A DNA stretch of 64,000 nucleotides from positions 1,178,001 through 1,242,000 of the forward strand of contig CDRNST010000215.1 of the NCBI GenBank assembly GCA_977016875.1. The letters run 5' to 3'. How positions within the stretch are numbered: position 1 is the stretch's first letter; each line of letters opens with the position of its first letter. Positions 62,656 through 64,000 of the stretch are shown one piece after another. Made by a program: the position numbers and the translations under genes. The notes beneath the pieces were generated by a model, which had not been told where the DNA came from, did no database searches, and saw only the letters and a list, made by a program, of their open reading frames with translations. The stretch comes from Pavona decussata. Its lineage: Eukaryota.

Positions 62656-64000
62656 TTATCTTTGCTTTCTGAGTGGTGGTACCAAGGGCTTGATTCTTAA
62701 ATCCCCAGGAGGAGGTGGTACTCCAGGATAGCGTTCCCCAGGGGGGAGTGGAGCTGGAGGTAAAGAATCTTCGTCATCAGAAACCCCATCATAATGATTT
62801 GATGGCAACGAGAGAGATTTATCGAGATTGCCAAGGATGTCATCAATGTTCAACCCTTCTGGTCCGCCAGAAAGAAGCGACGGTACCAAATCTAACTCGT
62901 AATCAACTGGCCCGCTCGCGGGTAGTGTGGGGGGTGGATCGCTTGGGGGAGGGGGAGGGGGGACAATAGAGAAATCAAAGTCTGAAATGCTGTCACTTTT
63001 CCGAGATCCCTTTTTCGGCGTCCGCACGTTAGCGTTTTTATCCCGTTCCCACTGCCAATCAGGCGGTGGTTTAATATCTTGTGTTTCAAAAGTCAAGTTG
63101 ACAGGGTCGAGTTCGTTGAAATACACGGGTGGAGGAGGGACGATTTTCAGATCTAGAGAGTCTACACTGGTCGTAGAAGTTGATCGTTCATATTTTGTAT
63201 CCATCCAGCCCAGAGGAGGTGGTGCGATAATCCCAAACGCATCTGTACCGTTTTGAGATGCACCTCTCTCGTAGTCAGACGTAATCGAACCTGGTTTTGC
63301 ACCAAACGCTCTGGGGATGAGAGATGACGATTTTGGAGGTGGAGGAGGTTTAAAACGCGGCGGCCCATTCGCTTCGCTCATGTACATCGATGTTGATCCA
63401 AACTGAGGTTTAGGTGGAACAAATGGCTTCGGAGAGGTCAATCGAGCATTGACATCCCGTGTAGGGATTTCGTTAATATCTTCGCGTTCTGTGATCCCAT
63501 TTACCGGAGAGTAAGATCTTCCATCAGCGACGGAGGCATGGTCAGTCACTTCTTCTTTCGTCACATCTGCTATTGACGACACCCGTGGGGGAGGTGGTGG
63601 TTTAAACTTTGAGGATCTGTAAAGCACAGGAGAGGAAGGAATCGAGGAAGGCGAAGAATCGGAAACAAGTTTAGCGGAATGAAGCCTTGGGGACCCGGGC
63701 ACCACAATAGGAAGGAGTGGTGAAGTCGAGGTCTCCGGAGATTGAAGTTGATCCCCGCGCGATGAGGTAGCCGCGTTGACTAAATCCCCAGGTATATTTT
63801 GAGGCCGGTATGGAGGAGGTATGGGCGGCGGGGTGGCGGTTTTCTCCACTCCAGATGAAGAGGGGAGGTGTTGTTCACCTTCAGTAGCTGTCTTCATTTT
63901 GTAAGGTGAAGGTATAGCAGGTTGTTGTCGTTTTGTCTCCACTCCGCCTTTAGTCGGCAAATTACGAACAATATCTGTTGTGAAGTAGGCCAATTCCTCC
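62656..64000 (-). CDS. Large proline/serine-rich exon (likely last exon) of a gene starting beyond the window; product unknown
   Basis: Open frame of >445 codons, open to the window edge (EELAYFTTDIVR...); GC-richer than flanks; many poly-Pro tracts. Confidence 0.75.
   Translation of the reverse strand, partial: EELAYFTTDIVRNLPTKGGVETKRQQPAIPSPYKMKTATEGEQHLPSSSGVEKTATPPPIPPPYRPQNIPGDLVNAATSSRGDQLQSPETSTSPLLPIVVPGSPRLHSAKLVSDSSPSSIPSSPVLYRSSKFKPPPPPRVSSIADVTKEEVTDHASVADGRSYSPVNGITEREDINEIPTRDVNARLTSPKPFVPPKPQFGSTSMYMSEANGPPRFKPPPPPKSSSLIPRAFGAKPGSITSDYERGASQNGTDAFGIIAPPPLGWMDTKYERSTSTTSVDSLDLKIVPPPPVYFNELDPVNLTFETQDIKPPPDWQWERDKNANVRTPKKGSRKSDSISDFDFSIVPPPPPPSDPPPTLPASGPVDYELDLVPSLLSGGPEGLNIDDILGNLDKSLSLPSNHYDGVSDDEDSLPPAPLPPGERYPGVPPPPGDLRIKPLVPPLRKQR

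Overview
Eukaryotic, AT-rich, intron- and repeat-rich animal DNA; the repeat families suggest a cnidarian, probably a stony coral (inference, not verified). Six complete spliced genes can be assembled by hand with GT-AG junctions and consistent phases: PTCD1-like mitochondrial PPR protein (+, 2152-8770), SKAP1/2-like adaptor (-, 25464-10154), DXO/Dom3Z-family nuclease with a long charged tail (+, 25688-30671), two tandem rhodopsin-class GPCR paralogues (-), and AGXT2 (+, 48482-60060). A proline-rich terminal ORF runs off the right edge (-). Introns and spacers hold many MITEs, SINEs, LINE and Penelope fragments, and an IS3EU-type foldback element. The most notable observation is an intact, phase-compatible exon encoding three MSL2/tesmin-like CXC zinc clusters inside the last intron of the SKAP-like gene; it could replace the SH3 domain as an alternative C-terminus. 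Other highlights are a minimal hammerhead-ribozyme motif, a MITE inserted exactly at the AGXT2 stop codon, and the extended DXO. All calls come from reading the sequence; no database searches were run.
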